DNA of 64,000 bases from Balanoglossus misakiensis (taxonomy: Eukaryota; Animalia; Hemichordata): the NCBI GenBank assembly GCA_040954595.2, contig CM082583.2:10243656-10307655 (forward strand), read 5' to 3'. The notes beneath the pieces were generated by a model. The model was not told the origin of the DNA and did no database searches. It saw only the letters and a program-made list of their open reading frames with translations. The translations under genes were made by a program, and so were the position numbers. This document shows, piece after piece, positions 61,701-64,000 of this stretch; position 1 is the first letter of the stretch; every line of letters begins with the position of its first letter.

Positions 61701-64000
61701 TTCCGACTTTTTTAATTTTCAAAATTTGGCCGTTTTTCACAAAAATCATGGGTTATAGCCCATGATTTTCATCAAAAAATCACAATTTTCCGACTTTTTT
61801 AATTTTCAAAATTTGGCCGTTTTTCACAAAAATCATGGGTTATAGCCCATGATTTTCATCAAAAAATCACAATTTTCCGACTTTTTTAATTTTCAAAATT
61901 TGGCCGTTTTTCACAAAAATCATGGGTTATAGCCCATGATTTTCATCAAAAAATCACAATTTTCCGACTTTTTTAATTTTCAAAATTTGGCCGTTTTTCA
62001 CAAAAATCATGGGTTATAGCCCATGATTTTCATCAAAAAATCACAATTTTCCGACTTTTTTAATTTTCAAAATTTGGCCATTTTTCACAAAAATCATGGG
62101 TTATAGCCCATGATTTTCATCAAAAAATCACAATTTTCCGACTTTTTTAATTTTCAAAATTTGGCCATTTTTCACAAAAATCATGGGTTATAGCCCATGA
62201 TTTTCATCAAAAAATCACAATTTTCCGACTTTTTTAATTTTCAAAATTTGGCCATTTTTCACAAAAATCATGGGTTATAGCCCATGATTTTCATCAAAAA
62301 ATCACAATTTTCCGACTTTTTTAATTTTCAAAATTTGGCCATTTTTCACAAAAATCATGGGTTATAGCCCATGATTTTCATCAAAAAATCACAATTTTCC
62401 GACTTTTTTAATTTTCAAAATTTGGCCATTTTTCACAAAAATCATGGGTTATAGCCCATGATTTTCATCAAAAAATCACAATTTTCCGACTTTTTTAATT
62501 TTCAAAATTTGGCCATTTTTCACAAAAATCATGGGTTATAGCCCATGAAAATCATCAAAAAATCACAATTTTCCGACTTTTTTAATTTTCAAAATTTGGC
62601 CATTTTTCACAAAAATCATGGGTTATAGCCCATGATTTTCATCAAAAAATCACAATTTTCCGACTTTTTTAATTTTCAAAATTTTGCCATTTTTCACAAA
62701 AATCATGGGTTATAGCCCATGATTTTCATCAAAAAATCACAATTTTCCGACTTTTTTAATTTTCAAAATTTGGCCATTTTTCACAAAAATCATGGGTTAT
62801 AGCCCATGATTTTCATCGAAAAATCACAATTTTCCGACTTTTTTAATTTTCAAAATTTGGCCATTTTTCACAAAAATCATGGGTTATAGCCCATGATTTT
62901 CATCGAAAAATCACAATTTTCCGACTTTTTTAATTTTCAAAATTTGGCCATTTTTCACAAAAATCATGGGTTATAGCCCATGATTTTCATCAAAAAATCA
63001 CAATTTTCCGACTTTTTTAATTTTCAAAATTTGGCCATTTTTCACAAAAATCATGGGTTATAGCCCATGATTTTCATCAAAAAATCACAATTTTCCGACT
63101 TTTTTAATTTTCAAAATTTGGCCATTTTTCACAAAAATCATGGGTTATAGCCCATGATTTTCATCAAAAAATCACAATTTTCCGACTTTTTTAATTTTCA
63201 AAATTTGGCCATTTTTCACAAAAATCATGGGTTATAGCCCATGATTTTCATCGAAAAATCACAATTTTCCGACTTTTTTAATTTTCAAAATTTGGCCATT
63301 TTTCACAAAAATCATGGGTTATAGCCCATGATTTTCATCGAAAAATCACAATTTTCCGACTTTTTTAATTTTCAAAATTTGGCCATTTTTCACAAAAATC
63401 ATGGGTTATAGCCCATGATTTTCATCAAAAAATCACAATTTTCCGACTTTTTTAATTTTCAAAATTTGGCCATTTTTCACAAAAATCATGGGTTATAGCC
63501 CATGATTTTCATCAAAAAATCACAATTTTCCGACTTTTTTAATTTTCAAAATTTGGCCATTTTTCACAAAAATCATGGGTTATAGCCCATGAAAATCATC
63601 AAAAAATCACAATTTTCCGACTTTTTTAATTTTCAAAATTTGGCCATTTTTCACAAAAATCATGGGTTATAGCCCATGATTTTCATCAAAAAATCACAAT
63701 TTTCCGACTTTTTTAATTTTCAAAATTTGGCCATTTTTCACAAAAATCATGGGTTATAGCCCATGATTTTCATCAAAAAATCACAATTTTCCGACTTTTT
63801 TAATTTTCAAAATTTGGCCATTTTTCACAAAAATCATGGGTTATAACCCATGATTTTCATCAAAAAATCACAATTTTCCGACTTTTTTAATTTTCAAAAT
63901 TTGGCCATTTTTCACAAAAATCATGGGTTATAGCCCATGATTTTCATCAAAAAATCACAATTTTCCGACTTTTTTAATTTTCAAAATTTGGCCATTTTTC
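52711..64000. repeat. 87-bp satellite, subfamily B (~130 monomers, continues past the window end)
   Basis: Monomer CATGGGTTATAGCCCATGATTTTCATCAAAAAATCACAATTTTCCGACTTTTTTAATTTTCAAAATTTGGCCATTTTTCACAAAAAT (24/87 G+C). Period 87 (CATGGG at 52713, 52800, ...). Very homogeneous, with a few recurrent variants. Confidence 0.99.

Noticed and set aside
52707-64000. CRISPR-like geometry (28-bp palindromic repeat + 59-bp spacer)
   Set aside because: The 'spacers' are essentially identical, there are no cas genes, and the context is intron-containing animal genes. This is a tandem satellite.

Overview
This is eukaryotic animal genomic DNA, most likely from an invertebrate bilaterian (species not determinable). 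It is not prokaryotic. In order, the window holds: (1) the 3' end of an unidentified + strand gene (1-~700), convergent with SIRT6; (2) SIRT6 (- strand, 8 coding exons, 481 aa, long C-terminal tail); (3) CCT3/TCP-1-gamma (+ strand, 15 exons, 553 aa), head-to-head with SIRT6 across a ~360-bp gap; (4) a prohormone convertase 1/3 (PCSK1-like) gene (+ strand, 13 exons, 721 aa) with a 29.1-kb first intron; (5) a >=12.5-kb array of an 87-bp AT-rich satellite that starts ~55 bp after the PCSK1 poly(A) signal and runs off the window end. The satellite is the most unusual feature. It has two subfamilies joined in register, each with its own dyad, plus a 28-bp near-perfect palindrome per monomer, a recurrent loop micro-inversion, a hairpin-collapse deletion and nascent higher-order repeats. 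The convertase keeps its catalytic residues but has substitutions in three normally conserved motifs. All exon boundaries and counts were read by hand. I found no convincing new multi-gene system.
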